This document shows positions 27,601-36,604 of a stretch of 64,000 nucleotides of DNA, one piece after another. Source of the stretch: Phoronis australis (taxonomy: Eukaryota; Animalia; Phoronida); the NCBI GenBank assembly GCA_002633005.1, contig NMRA01000042.1:184838-248837 (forward strand), written 5' to 3'. A model generated the notes under the pieces. The model was given only the letters and a program-made list of their open reading frames with translations, searched no databases and was not told the DNA's origin. The position numbers and the translations under genes are program-made. Every line of letters begins with the position of its first letter. The stretch's first letter is position 1.

Positions 27601-30600
27601 ATCTTGAATATTTATATCAAATAAAGTTTGATCACATTACTGATACTGTTATTTTGCTATTAACGTACCTTTCTTTTGCACTAAATTTTTCTCACAAGAC
27701 ATGATCACATGAGCCAATTATGGCAGATGGAGTAAAAAGTACAAAATGACATTCCACAGTCTTTCTGCTTTAATCCAGAAAATATCTACTTTACAGACTG
27801 AGTTAAAACCTATAGTTTAGTAAATATTTGGCTAAATATGCAGACGTGCCAGTAAGGTCGCACAAAACCTTAAAACTGCCACAAAAACAAAGACAGAGCT
27901 AGGTTACTTACTACCCATACAAAATCAGTCTTGATATTTACTAAGATAGGACTTTATATTTCAAGAAGACCATTCAGAGGACGTGTAAGTTAAAACATTT
28001 CAGACAATCACAAGACTGTTGTCTGGTCTGCTCAAAATTTAGAGTGCTTTAATGTAAAAGGGTAGAAAATGGTTAACAGATAATGTTGGGATATAATATT
28101 AAGCAAAGAACATTTGTTGCACACACTTGCAACATGGCTATCCGCAAAAAATTTTTCTTCTGTTAAATGTACAATTTACTTTCAGAAATGCACGTACATG
28201 ATGCCCTGTGTACTATGTTAAAAGAAGTTACTGTGAGAGTCAACGTTTGCAAATAAAATCAATGTACCTGACAATAGGTGGTTTTAAAGGTATGATGTAT
28301 TGGACAACAGTAGAAACATTCATCCAAAGACGGAGCTGAAAAATAAAACAAAGATTAACAAACACATTTTATGCAAACTATCAAGACTTTACACCATCAC
28401 CTTTACAAAAAAATCCATAACGAGCATCATACGTGGTGAAAACAGATATTTTGAGTTTGAAATCCAAGGACAAAACTCTTGATCAAATAGAAATCCAAAT
28501 CACTGGGTTGAAGTTGACCAGAGTACACAAATGAGACAGTATATGTCATACACGGATACAAGATAATACATTTAACAGACTATACCTATGTCGGCAGTGA
28601 TATTGACCAGTGTATGACCACAACGTACGGTCAGTGTGTCTCGGGCATGGTGGTAAGTAAATATGTTAAACAGACTACTTACGTTGGCAATAATATTGAC
28701 GAGAGTGTGTACAAGAGGGATGGACAGAGTGTCCGGGGTAGACTTCTCAAAGCAGCCCTTCAATGCCTGCATGCCATTACTGTCGCAGAAGAAGCAGACG
28801 TTACGCAAGAGATAGACTGGAATCTCACCATCTTGGAACTGAAATAGTAAAGAAAACTCAAAACACAATGACAACATTATGGAAAGGTAGGAGTAACTTT
28901 TGGTTTTATCAAGTACAGTGGTTACCTGTCAGTGTAAAATCCAGCTATTTAGAATGATGTTTAAAAATTAGCAAAAGTTTCAGGTAACTGTTTTGTTGTC
29001 CTTTAGAAGTGTTGTTGTCATCACCAGCAAATAGGTCACTGGCAACTAAACATGAAGCTGCTTCGCTGGCATGCAAATTCTTAACACAAGAAAAGGAAAA
29101 CCAGCTGATTAGATTAACTGCCGTGTTTCGACAATTGTTAGATTTTTATACATGCACAATAAGCACTGCGCAACTGTAACTAAAAACAAAGTCTAACATG
29201 ACGTTTGAGCAGCACTCCTCCTTGAAGATCCAACAGAAATACTACAATTATCAAGAAGAATCAGTAACAGTGCACAGAAGCCAGTCCAAAAACACCATGC
29301 CTAACAATAAGATTGGACTAGAAGTTTATTTACTTCGATTTTAGATTTTCCTTCGTGATTGCTGAGACACAGCAAAAGGACAGTACCAAAATTCATCAAC
29401 TAAGCAGTGAGTCAAAACAATTTTCAATTATTTCATCAAGAAATACCATAATTCAAGAAGATAAGAATCAGGTAATCGTCAGCTGGCACACTCACCGTCA
29501 GATCACAGTAGCTGTTGAGAGCACTTGTTTCTTGCTGGGACATTTCCTATAGAAATTAAACAAAGAGCAAAACGTCAAGATGACTGATATGACCAAATAC
29601 AAAAGAATACATGTTCATCTCTTCTGAAGTAAAACATGGAATGAATGTAAGGAAATCCAGCAGCATAAATAAGAAATAGAACCCACTGGAAGGTTGCACA
29701 CAACAGCCAAGGCACGACATACGCACAATAGAAGAGCAAAGTAGTATAATTTCATTCAAATGCAGTTCATTTGCGCAAAAACTTTGGACAAACAGTTCAC
29801 AAACATATTGTTTTCATGTTAACTGAACAAGTTTTCTGTGTTTTCCTTGGACTTGTATCCAGGGAGACCATGTACAGTCCTCTTAAACACATCGCCAACC
29901 AAAAAAGTCTTTTGGAATAATAGATTCTACTACAAACAAGCATGTAGCAGATTCACTTACCTCCAGAGAAGTATGTAAAGAATGTTTGTATGCCATGTAG
30001 AGGGGAAAGTTGACCAGATAGAGTTTTGATATAAACACCAATAGCTGTTCTTTTTCCTCAATAGACCAGTGCTCCACCTCATCACTGTCATGGTCCACAG
30101 AGCCATGATGGTCAGTGCCGTCTGTCGACGCCATTCCTTCTTCCTTTTCTTCCCGTTTTTCTCCATTTCCTTTTGTTTGCTCCTGCGATTCTTCACTAGT
30201 CGACTCGTTCCGAATATTGTGCCCAGCATGCTCAGAGCCTGTTCCTGCCCCCTCTGTGACATCAGAGTTCTTTGCACCATCAGTGGTTTCTACGACTGTT
30301 TCTGGGTCAGACTTGTCCAACTTATTTAATTCATCATCTTTTTCTCTCTGCTCTTTTTCCTTGACACAGTCTTCGGGCAGGGTTGGGATAATAGTGATGG
30401 CCTGGCTGAGTATCACTTGAACAAGACTATTGAGTCTCTCAAAGTTCTTGGGGCTCTTAAAGACGCACATGCACTGCCTGAAATTTATCATTACAATTAT
30501 TAGTATTATTATCAACAAAAGATTATCATCATCAATAATATTAATTTCATTAATGTTATTGTGATCACCATTTTTACAATCTGGTTACATATTACATTTC

Positions 30601-33600
30601 AAAGCAAGGACTCAGAAAGTAACAGGAAAATATTAACTAAAATGTTCTTTCTATGAAATACCATAAGATTGAATAAAACAAAGTAATTTGTTTATTTTTG
30701 CAATCATTCACTACAAACAAATTAAAAAATCAGTGCACCTGAATGAAGAAGATGTGTTTGAAAACTGATAGCTTCATGAGTACAGAATCAGATAACATTG
30801 TATCTGAAATCAACAACATCCATTCAAACTGAAGAGTTTCTCCCTATGCAAAGAAAATATCACTTCAATGACAAGGACAACCATGGTCAGTATAGATCCA
30901 CCGCAAAATGAATACACTGATGTATCAATCTTTCAGCCATACCTCGACTGCCACGCTGACGTGTAGGAGGCCACGATAAAAATCTCGTCTTTAGAAAGCT
31001 GATGACCAACATTTTCTTGTGTTCTGTTATCATCTGAAATAAAGATGTACGTGAAAATAACAATGCCTCAGTTGAAAGTTTTGAAGTATTATCACATTCA
31101 TAAAAAAGCTTATGAATGAAAATAGTCGAAAATGACAAATGCTCATTTTGTGTACTGTCTCGTAGAAACTTTTAATCATTTTTGGAATGTGAGCATGTAC
31201 TTTACTTTTGGAATAAATTACAAACATGAATTTCAAATGTTGTTGGACCTAAACTTTTACTGGCTGAAAAGCATCCTGCTATATGCATACCGTTGTTATA
31301 AAATTAATCAAATAATACATTTAGCTCGATAATTCATATACACTCGTTCCAAGTCTTCAAGTATTCCCAACCTTTGCTTAAGAGATTTCAACCAATTCTT
31401 TTTATGAAGACATGAAAAAGTATGAATTTAAAAGAATTACTCCGACTTATCCCAGCAAGTCAGAATGGAATGCAAGAGTGATTTGTTTTTGTTTCCTTTG
31501 TTTTTTTGTTTTTTTTTGTTTTCATTTTTATTGTTTTCCAGTATTAATTTTTGTTTCTTTAAATAAACTTAAGTAAAAAAAATGCCTAATTTGACAGAGC
31601 CTACTATTCAAACATGGATACACAAGACCTAGAATCACAGACAATTGCTGAATTCGTACGCAAGTTACCACAAGCTCCCACGGTCAGTGCAGACGAAAAG
31701 CTATGTTCCTTGAATGCAAAAAAGCTCAGCTCATAGCAAACATCTGCAGCCAACTGAACTGTGACGATTTTGCTCCAGAATCAGTAAGGCGGATGTTTCA
31801 CTTCCTGGATTTCTTTTTCCAAGTAAGCATACAGCATGTAGGCAATGTGAGTGCTTAGTCCATTACATGCAACAACTCTGCTTGCACATTCATTGTAACC
31901 AGGTGTGACGCATTTATGCTGTTTATTACAAACATAGTTTATATACGGGTCAGTGACAATTTGTCAGGCAGTGTAAGCGGTAACAATGATGGGAGGTACA
32001 TTTCAATGGAGGTTAACAGCTCTGAGTTTGTACTTATCCATCTGCAGTGGCACTGGAGGCACAGTTGCACAAGCTAGCTCTACATACGTTAGCATCAATT
32101 TTAACACTACGAACTAAAATCAAGTGGGAACTAAACAATCAGTCTAAATAAGAACTGGGTAGTGTCTTATTCAGTATTGAATCTAGGAAAACTATTAGTA
32201 ATTTAAAGTTTGGAAGTGACCACAAAATTTGAAACCAATTGTTCCGCAGTACTCGATTTGGGGGAAATGCAGGTCATGTACTGCAGGTCGCCAAATGAGG
32301 TACTGCACAACTATTGTGAACAATACCTATTGAATGTGGGATGTTATTATTCAAAAGTTTGAAAGTCACTACAAATTTTGAAATCAAATTCGGAGGAATT
32401 ATTGTCCGACTCTGATACTCACTATGGTGACTTCAGGGTAACTTGGGATTTTTCCCAGGTTGCCAAACACAATCTGAATTCACATTGGTAAACTGCAGGT
32501 CATCAAATTGAGCAGTGAAATCACTACTGCACACACGCGCGTACTAGGAATAGATTTAGCCGGTGTATTGGGGATTTGTCATTTGCTCTACTGAATTGCT
32601 GGACTGTGATTTAGAGTATTATAGCTCTAAATTTTAAAGAAGGGGCCAGGAATTGTATCCACCTCTGACTTTTCATACGTCACGAAATAGAAATAACCAA
32701 AGCGTCATTTGACTGACAAATGACTGTACCTGTCAAAATTGACATGTATAGTCAATATTGACTGTGCCTGCTTAATTGTAGTAAAATCAGCTCCTTTTCA
32801 GTTGTGTAGCAAAAACCAGTACATTTTGCCTACAGTAATGTGACATTGTTTTGTAGATAATGTAGAACATGTCAAGTAGAAAGCAAAAATTGGAACTATT
32901 TGATCAACAAAGTCCCTAATAGACAATAACCCTTTTTTCGGACAGCAACAAAAATGGGTTTTTGGCCGACTAGGTTGTGATGTTGTAATGACAAAGAACC
33001 ACTCTGATGTCAGATGAATAGCAGTCGAAATTCCTAGAAAGCACAATAATGTTGTAGGAATTGAAACAACCTTTTTGAGCATTATATCAAAACAGTGGCT
33101 TTTGCGCGAAACGCGAATGCAATGTTTGCCTTTGCAAGCTTAAAAATCAAATGAAGAGCATGGTTTTATAGTAATTGATGCTATAGCATGTGTATGGTAA
33201 ACTATGGAAACTTGTTTAAATCCCGTTTTTTTCATGCAACTGTGTTCCGCCATGTACTCTACCAGTGACCTACAGCCTACTGTATAATTAGAGTGAGTTT
33301 CGCATTCATAGAAATGATTAAATAAAAATACATGATGTCATATCCAATGACACACGCAATATAGTAACACTAGTTCCTGACTTGGGCAACTTAATGAAGG
33401 AGGGTTCGAAAAAAGTTTAATTGCAGGAATGCTAGTTCGAGGTGGGAAGAGTTAGACATCAGCAGCTTCCTAAGGTTTCCCTCTATGCGCAAAAAGCTAC
33501 TTATATCAACATAACTTTGATGGTTTAATCAGTGAGAGGCACAATTCGGCGAAAAATCTCTGGCGTATGGGCCTATGCCTCCGAGATGGCCACCGGCACC

Positions 33601-33885
33601 GTCTACAGCAATACTGGGGCCAGTTGAGACAGAGGCACCATCTAAATTCTAATTATAATACAACAATTACATGAAGCCAGAAATTGACATAATTTCATCT
33701 GCATGATTCCAATAACAGTATAAAAATCTGAACATAAATATTGCGGTTAAACTAGTTGAAGAAAAGTAATCTTGATAAGATGAAAGTGCGCCGAATCAAT
33801 CATTCAACACCAGTGACATTCAATGAATTGGCAACAACTTACGGATTTGAAGCAGTGCAATAATATCCCCACATATATCGCACAT
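474..33885 (-). CDS. USP34: Ubiquitin carboxyl-terminal hydrolase 34 (USP34) ortholog, N-terminal 39 coding exons; 3' part lies beyond the left edge
   Basis: The spliced translation matches recalled human USP34 along its length: MCDICGDIIALLQ (human MCENCADLVEVLN), RQCMCVFK, YMCQLSDKDLR, IIQHIFGPNLHVEIIKQSQIVLNFLA, KSEKNMADFEGE, SVVISLRLLPKLFG, WGIALRA, FRRRFAFHLRTWQ, RKVWELLMLLPT, CEACKGLYKL. All junctions are GT-AG (one GC-AG) with continuous phase. Confidence 0.96.
899..1067 (-). CDS. USP34: USP34 exon 38
   Basis: FSEFGQMQTWGRAEVIHYAMSFLVSWAYS...DWLKRLTVDAPE. Confidence 0.92.
1622..1698 (-). CDS. USP34: USP34 exon 37
   Basis: TILSMMKVEPVLKILTTILYDAALP..|gtaagc. Confidence 0.88.
1950..2120 (-). 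CDS. USP34: USP34 exon 36 (GC donor)
   Basis: WKQECLAYLLRLVSLFAV...VIVPLNQ|gcaagt. Confidence 0.88.
2548..2634 (-). CDS. USP34: USP34 exon 35
   Basis: FISKGGLSHLFNIFVLGSLQIKDGDHWSE|gtgagt. Confidence 0.9.
3240..3335 (-). CDS. USP34: USP34 exon 34
   Basis: VRSGGGDSILASTDSEMSVDLVETPEEIWRRK|gtaggg. Confidence 0.85.
3363..3455. repeat. ~47-bp tandem duplication
   Basis: ggactacagtgaatgctgaaggtggtagggcaacatggga x2. Confidence 0.8.
5036..5173 (-). CDS. USP34: USP34 exon 33
   Basis: APGSDGDASWDWNSLLDPHNAHKLMYSLQVVEFLSKIPKQRRRSLV|gtaggt. Confidence 0.9.
5632..5760 (-). CDS. USP34: USP34 exon 32
   Basis: DTQERSCLENKARILSRKVWELLMLLPTNPRILEGFQALVVTE. Confidence 0.92.
5995..6310. repeat. 39/55-bp composite minisatellite
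   Basis: ggcacaaattaatccacaatatggctgcacttgtcacat interspersed with ggcacaaattaatact. Confidence 0.9.
6482..6670 (-). CDS. USP34: USP34 exon 31
   Basis: TIIVSAGANR...PACYLSAPDQELTPMMILLEKPYFEQLFGLL...EPT|gtgagt. Confidence 0.9.
7055..7321 (-). CDS. USP34: USP34 exon 30
   Basis: ATLELNSSDMVGELRAEVSRWW...GPIRMITLGQELGPESDEKALNDAQIKDHQ. Confidence 0.93.
7764..7970 (-). CDS. USP34: USP34 exon 29
   Basis: SPATNLLVIQRALVLLRNHLEGFRRRFAFHLRTWQLDG...QPAGMPDEK. Confidence 0.93.
8479..8567 (-). CDS. USP34: USP34 exon 28
   Basis: GGGNLNKENEFIQRCMHSLMSASELPADQ. Confidence 0.9.
8735..8898. repeat. 40-bp minisatellite, 4 copies
   Basis: ttgtgtttttatggaattaccacacaacaatgacattgtc. Confidence 0.92.
9187..9403 (-). 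CDS. USP34: USP34 exon 27
   Basis: MSSLQPETMSMVGLSLFQQLCHLAR...WGIALRANNTDVSMSAIQYINHYYIG. Confidence 0.93.
10033..10187 (-). CDS. USP34: USP34 exon 26
   Basis: MSLQQVDILWNSLVTDPDSSDECLNWFLNQAKTKDHHALKLETFKHLFVEK. Confidence 0.93.
10398..10620. mobile_element. Fold-back MITE with TTAA target-site duplication (Kolobok/piggyBac-like)
   Basis: TTAA|AGCTGTATTTC...GAAATACAGCT|TTAA; the arms are complementary over most of the length. Confidence 0.75.
11104..11186 (-). CDS. USP34: USP34 exon 25
   Basis: YSFKEEVYVRLEFLTCMYSTLATPEDF. Confidence 0.92.
11994..12092 (-). CDS. USP34: USP34 exon 24
   Basis: WAEKELGMMTHFFNNLCVFKDKISDRSFPGTGL. Confidence 0.92.
12657..12725 (-). CDS. USP34: USP34 exon 23
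   Basis: SVVISLRLLPKLFGSFEPHTVTM. Confidence 0.92.
13337..13464 (-). CDS. USP34: USP34 exon 22
   Basis: PLLQEGLALEAEKILCSLVCYSTNRHIRMKFIEACVKNISLSR. Confidence 0.92.
14137..14412. repeat. 39-bp minisatellite, ~7 copies, ending on the USP34 exon 21 donor
   Basis: actcagtgagaacagactgggattataaagataagtaat. Confidence 0.92.
14411..14514 (-). CDS. USP34: USP34 exon 21
   Basis: EFDGVCGPGKTLLWDLVQEETA|gtgagt. Confidence 0.9.
15024..15208 (-). CDS. USP34: USP34 exon 20
   Basis: DFEDILSPEGSFNSSRGSTKSEKNMADFEGEVSDEELLAAHYKHHHH...|gtaagg. Confidence 0.9.
15386..15645. mobile_element. MITE with imperfect TIRs and 5-bp TSD CCACA
   Basis: CCACA|CATGCGCACACCCAG...CTGGGTGCGCGCACATG|CCACA. Confidence 0.55.
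15829..15992 (-). CDS. USP34: USP34 exon 19
   Basis: EANKPCPPLKKKK...EVYDCRPYIEE (human ELFNCRQFI). Confidence 0.85.
17148..17885. repeat. 66-bp minisatellite, ~11 copies, each containing the USP34 exon 18 end and donor
   Basis: gactataccttgcactgcttagagatggaccgagcccctccaatgaaggatttctaacagtgtaat. Confidence 0.95.
17874..18011 (-). CDS. USP34: USP34 exon 18 (basic)
   Basis: TGVKGNKKVRKLMPKSVAERKRQFLLARLKKHKEQSRKKEKLKQCK|gtatag; phase 0 is required by the flanking exons. Confidence 0.72.
18830..18958 (-). CDS. USP34: USP34 exon 17
   Basis: KPDEEVELSEKVDEAANTNTTGDGEREMLKRTVASGVSEQGST|gtcagt. Confidence 0.7.
19352..19444 (-). CDS. USP34: USP34 exon 16
   Basis: SVPNVSDKQGQPKVQKQVSPKDLNESANDAE|gtataa; symmetric phase 0. 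Confidence 0.65.
19917..20093 (-). CDS. USP34: USP34 exon 15 (poly-His)
   Basis: LDTDEDALTDEALLYHHKKQHGHYHRHHHHQHHQAVDTEEECS...GEQ. Confidence 0.75.
20483..20616 (-). CDS. USP34: USP34 exon 14 (acidic)
   Basis: DVVSGEEGEKTRALHQHMLQRVARQHLEEEEDEEEEDESWDEDEE. Confidence 0.78.
21429..21645 (-). CDS. USP34: USP34 exon 13 (His-rich)
   Basis: EVDHPHKSQLEQCDCGQHHAKQRHHGHHHRRPSRH...EG|gtatgt. Confidence 0.75.
21785..21861 (-). CDS. USP34: USP34 exon 12 (low-complexity insert)
   Basis: VLAKHAGTSSDETETSEEEMEEDHS|gtaagc; phase 1 to 0. Confidence 0.78.
22635..22785 (-). CDS. USP34: USP34 exon 11 (alternative in-frame donor with exon end at 22647)
   Basis: TLFLACALTKAVWSRPLP...EELGK(GGND); both donors are phase 1. 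Confidence 0.85.
23254..23379 (-). CDS. USP34: USP34 exon 10
   Basis: LKHCSRQVQDLLIALIKNLEINLVQYLLKLVSGIEPQAHNEQ. Confidence 0.92.
24127..24219 (-). CDS. USP34: USP34 exon 9
   Basis: IIKQSQIVLNFLAIESRINEEHIDSIWAAAQ|gtaagt. Confidence 0.93.
24483..25244. other. Assembly gap (N run)
   Basis: Contiguous N bases. Confidence 1.
25245..25775 (-). mobile_element. HINE-like element, well-preserved copy, truncated by the assembly gap
   Basis: Reverse complement reads TTTTTATGCGCCCACATATTTATATGTGGACGCATTATGCC, then (GTCC)n, then ccactagg-containing repeats. Confidence 0.75.
26119..26256 (-). CDS. USP34: USP34 exon 8
   Basis: NYITNYNEIVNSE...LADWLAQNKIIQHIFGPNLHVE. Confidence 0.92.
27071..27263 (-). 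CDS. USP34: USP34 exon 7
   Basis: YMCQLSDKDLRLAGNRNLTDLLW...LRLTGIAQIN|gtaaga. Confidence 0.93.
28268..28335 (-). CDS. USP34: USP34 exon 6
   Basis: LRLWMNVSTVVQYIIPLKPPIVR (human IRIWLHIPAVMQHIIPFRTYVIR). Confidence 0.9.
28683..28838 (-). CDS. USP34: USP34 exon 5
   Basis: FQDGEIPVYLLRNVCFFCDSNG...LVNIIAN|gtaagt. Confidence 0.9.
29496..29546 (-). CDS. USP34: USP34 exon 4
   Basis: EMSQQETSALNSYCDLT|gtgagt. Confidence 0.9.
29961..30477 (-). CDS. USP34: USP34 exon 3
   Basis: QCMCVFKSPKNFERLN...WSIEEKEQLL...NFPLYMAYKHSLHTSLE|gtaagt. Confidence 0.93.
30943..31033 (-). CDS. USP34: USP34 exon 2
   Basis: tttcag|..HDNRTQENVGHQLSKDEIFIVASYTSAWQSR|gtatgg; phase 1 to 2. Confidence 0.9.
33843..33885 (-). 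CDS. USP34: USP34 exon 1 (start codon)
   Basis: ATG TGC GAT ATA TGT GGG GAT...ATC C|gtaagt; MCDICGDIIALLQI. Confidence 0.92.
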
Positions 33886-33959
33886 TATTCTATTGCAACC
33901 TCCAGGCTCTTAACTGCAGACCAACACCTCTGAAAAGTCTGGGCCAAGCCGAGGGTTAT

Positions 33960-34430
33960 ATTTATTGTAAAAATATTAATTCACTAGCTTCATTCTCTAC
34001 TTTCATGTTCCACCATCGTGTTACGTCACAGGAAATGACAAACTTTTGTAACAAAAATGTAAATATTAGAAAAACAAATGAATAAGTTACATTTACAATC
34101 AGTATACTTATTGATGTTTTTTTTTTGTATCACGAATAAATTATTATTTACCATAAAACAATAATCTTAAAATATATTGGTTCTCTAAACTTGACCTTGA
34201 ATTTAGGTCAAAGGTCAAGTGATGCACCAATCCTTCCGTGATGAGCACCAAATTGCAAGGTTAAGTAGTCAGCAAAGCTCGAAGTGTCTGGTCATATTGT
34301 AAGTTTACAGCTTTGGTTTCATTTTATAGTTTCAAAGTGACTCAAATACAACACTTGTCTAAAAAAAGTGGTGGTGTACTGGTGGAACAGGATGGGCACT
34401 GGTGTGACGCTGCACCAATCAATTAGAAAG
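33960..34430. promoter_or_regulatory. Candidate bidirectional promoter between USP34 and the giant gene
   Basis: The genes are head-to-head. An adjacent CRE-like TTACGTCA and ETS-like CAGGAAAT lie at 34021-34036, with CCAAT boxes at 34227 and 34415. Confidence 0.45.
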
Positions 34431-36097
34431 GTTTACAACATCGACCTGCTATTCTTTACGACTTAAGATTAATATTTCATTTTTCTCGCTCTTAATTACA
34501 TAAAGACGCCCAGTTTGTAATGGCATGATTGTTTTGATTTTAATCTTTACTTTCCAAAATAATGCATTTTTTTGGAACTCAATGTTAGTGTTTGCTTGTG
34601 GTAACTAGGTTACGGTAAAGATTTCTCGTTTGACGTTAATTCACTTTCAGTTTCTCTGAAAGTGCGTGTAGTTGGAATTATGCTTAATCTTAGAATCGCG
34701 TAGGCGCAAACTTTTCAGTGTAAAGAATTTTTGTATTTATTGGCTCTTTTCCAGGTCTGACTTGTAGACAGTGCCACGGTCTATACTTAGTCTTAGCAGC
34801 TGATATGGTGATGCTCTAATAGGACCTTCATATGCTGTAAAATTCACACTGATTAATCCATCAAAGTCACGTTCTATAAGTAGCGCAACGAAGGATACCT
34901 CAGGAGGCTTTTGATGTCTTTAATTCCTTCCAATTTGAATAAATTCTCCCATAATCAAGCTTTTTTTCGAGCAGACTCCTTCATCGAGTTGCACAAATTG
35001 GCATCTGGCCATTTTCACACTGCTCATGCCAGGAGATCACACGACACATCCTAGGTGGCTTTCTTTGCGCTAAACTTATAGCAACATAACTTTAATAGTT
35101 TAATCATTGTGTGGCATAAGTCGCGGAAAATTTTTCGGCATATGAAGGTCCTACTGGGAGCATCGCCATCTCTGCTGCTAAGTATAGAGATGGTGGCACT
35201 GTCTATATACCCAATCTAATGCCTGGTGCACCAAACGGATTTGGTGCAAGCTTCAGTTTTGTATCATTTAGTGAGCCAAATTGATGCGTGTGCCAAATTG
35301 AAGCTACCATGAGTTCCTGAATTATTGCCGGTCGTTTTTGAATTTCAACGGCTACCACGACCGAAATTGATGACAATGAGTGCGGAATGATGCATAATAG
35401 TTTCTCAGTACACTCTCTCTTCATTCCTGTCTCCACAAGACATTACAATGATTAATCTTTATAAACAGCATTAATAAGATAAGATTTGATGCATGTGACA
35501 TACTTGTCTGGGAACATCTTGAGCAAGAGTAAGATTAGCCTAAAATGGGTTCTACCTGACTGTAGTAAAATAATTTAAGTGGAGTAAACATTTTTTCATT
35601 TATTTAATGTTACAAATGCTATTCTAGAATAGAAAGATGTCTCTTGACAGTTGGTATTCAGTTGTGTTTAAAGGCGATTTTTTTTGATGACTCATGAGTG
35701 AGCCAACTTGTTACCCAACAGTTGAGGAAAATGACATTTTGAAAAGTAGGTCAGTCATGCTATGCATTTGTCTACCTCTCCTAATGCATTAGTTCTTATG
35801 TCTCCACCTATAAACATTCTTCTCTACTTTGTGGGAGCATTAATTTCCACATTCTTTGGTTGTCTGTACAGAGGTGGTGTGTTTTTGTTCAATGAACATG
35901 ATCTGAAGTCATGAAAAGTGACTGTAATCTGAATTTCATCTTACACTCAGTTCATGGAATTTCCCAGGGAAACTGCGGAGGCATTTTTCATATTTTGGTT
36001 GTGACATTATTAAAACTTTTCATGATTCTTTGGTAATTAATTACGAGGCTTTTATGACACAAATGTTTTCTATTTTAATTCTAGAAAATGAGACATC

Positions 36098-36604
36098 ATG
36101 TCCGGATCTAGTCTCAGTGATGGTCGTGATGATCATCTCACAAGAGATGCTGGTGTGGTTCCGGAGTCTCTCACCATCAACATCCCTGTGTCTCCAAGAG
36201 ACTCCCTCTCATCTGTAGATTTAGAGTCACCAAGAAGTCGACCAGTGACTCCTACAAGCCCCGTCAATGTGGATGGTGATGAAGTGTTTCAGTACTCATC
36301 AAGGCCGAGGACTCCTCGGGAGCGACAGGCTGCTCTTACGGTGTCATTTCAACTCATAAACCATGACACCTTGTCCACTGACATTTACAACATTCCAGTG
36401 TTTGAGAATACCATCCTGGCTGAGGTTGGACGCACTCTACTCAAGAAGTTTGGCAAAAACAGTGACCTGGTATTTCTGTCTGGGGATGAAGAAGTTCCTT
36501 TCAATAGTGAACTGAAAGTCGTGAAAATTTTGCCAAAACTGCCCATTGACGATGTGAAGTTGCTCAATCCAACTTTTCGTTTCTCAGGAATACACTATGC
36601 CAAG
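36098..36604 (+). CDS. Ankyrin/filamin giant gene coding exon 1
   Basis: Acceptor ttctag| at 36084, in-frame TGA upstream of ATG 36098, Ser/Pro-rich start, donor AAG|gttggt. Confidence 0.75.

Noticed and set aside
31600-32100. Higher-complexity stretch in USP34 intron 1 considered as a snoRNA or hidden exon
   Set aside because: No convincing C/D or H/ACA box arrangement or spliceable ORF was seen by eye; an Infernal/Rfam scan would be needed.
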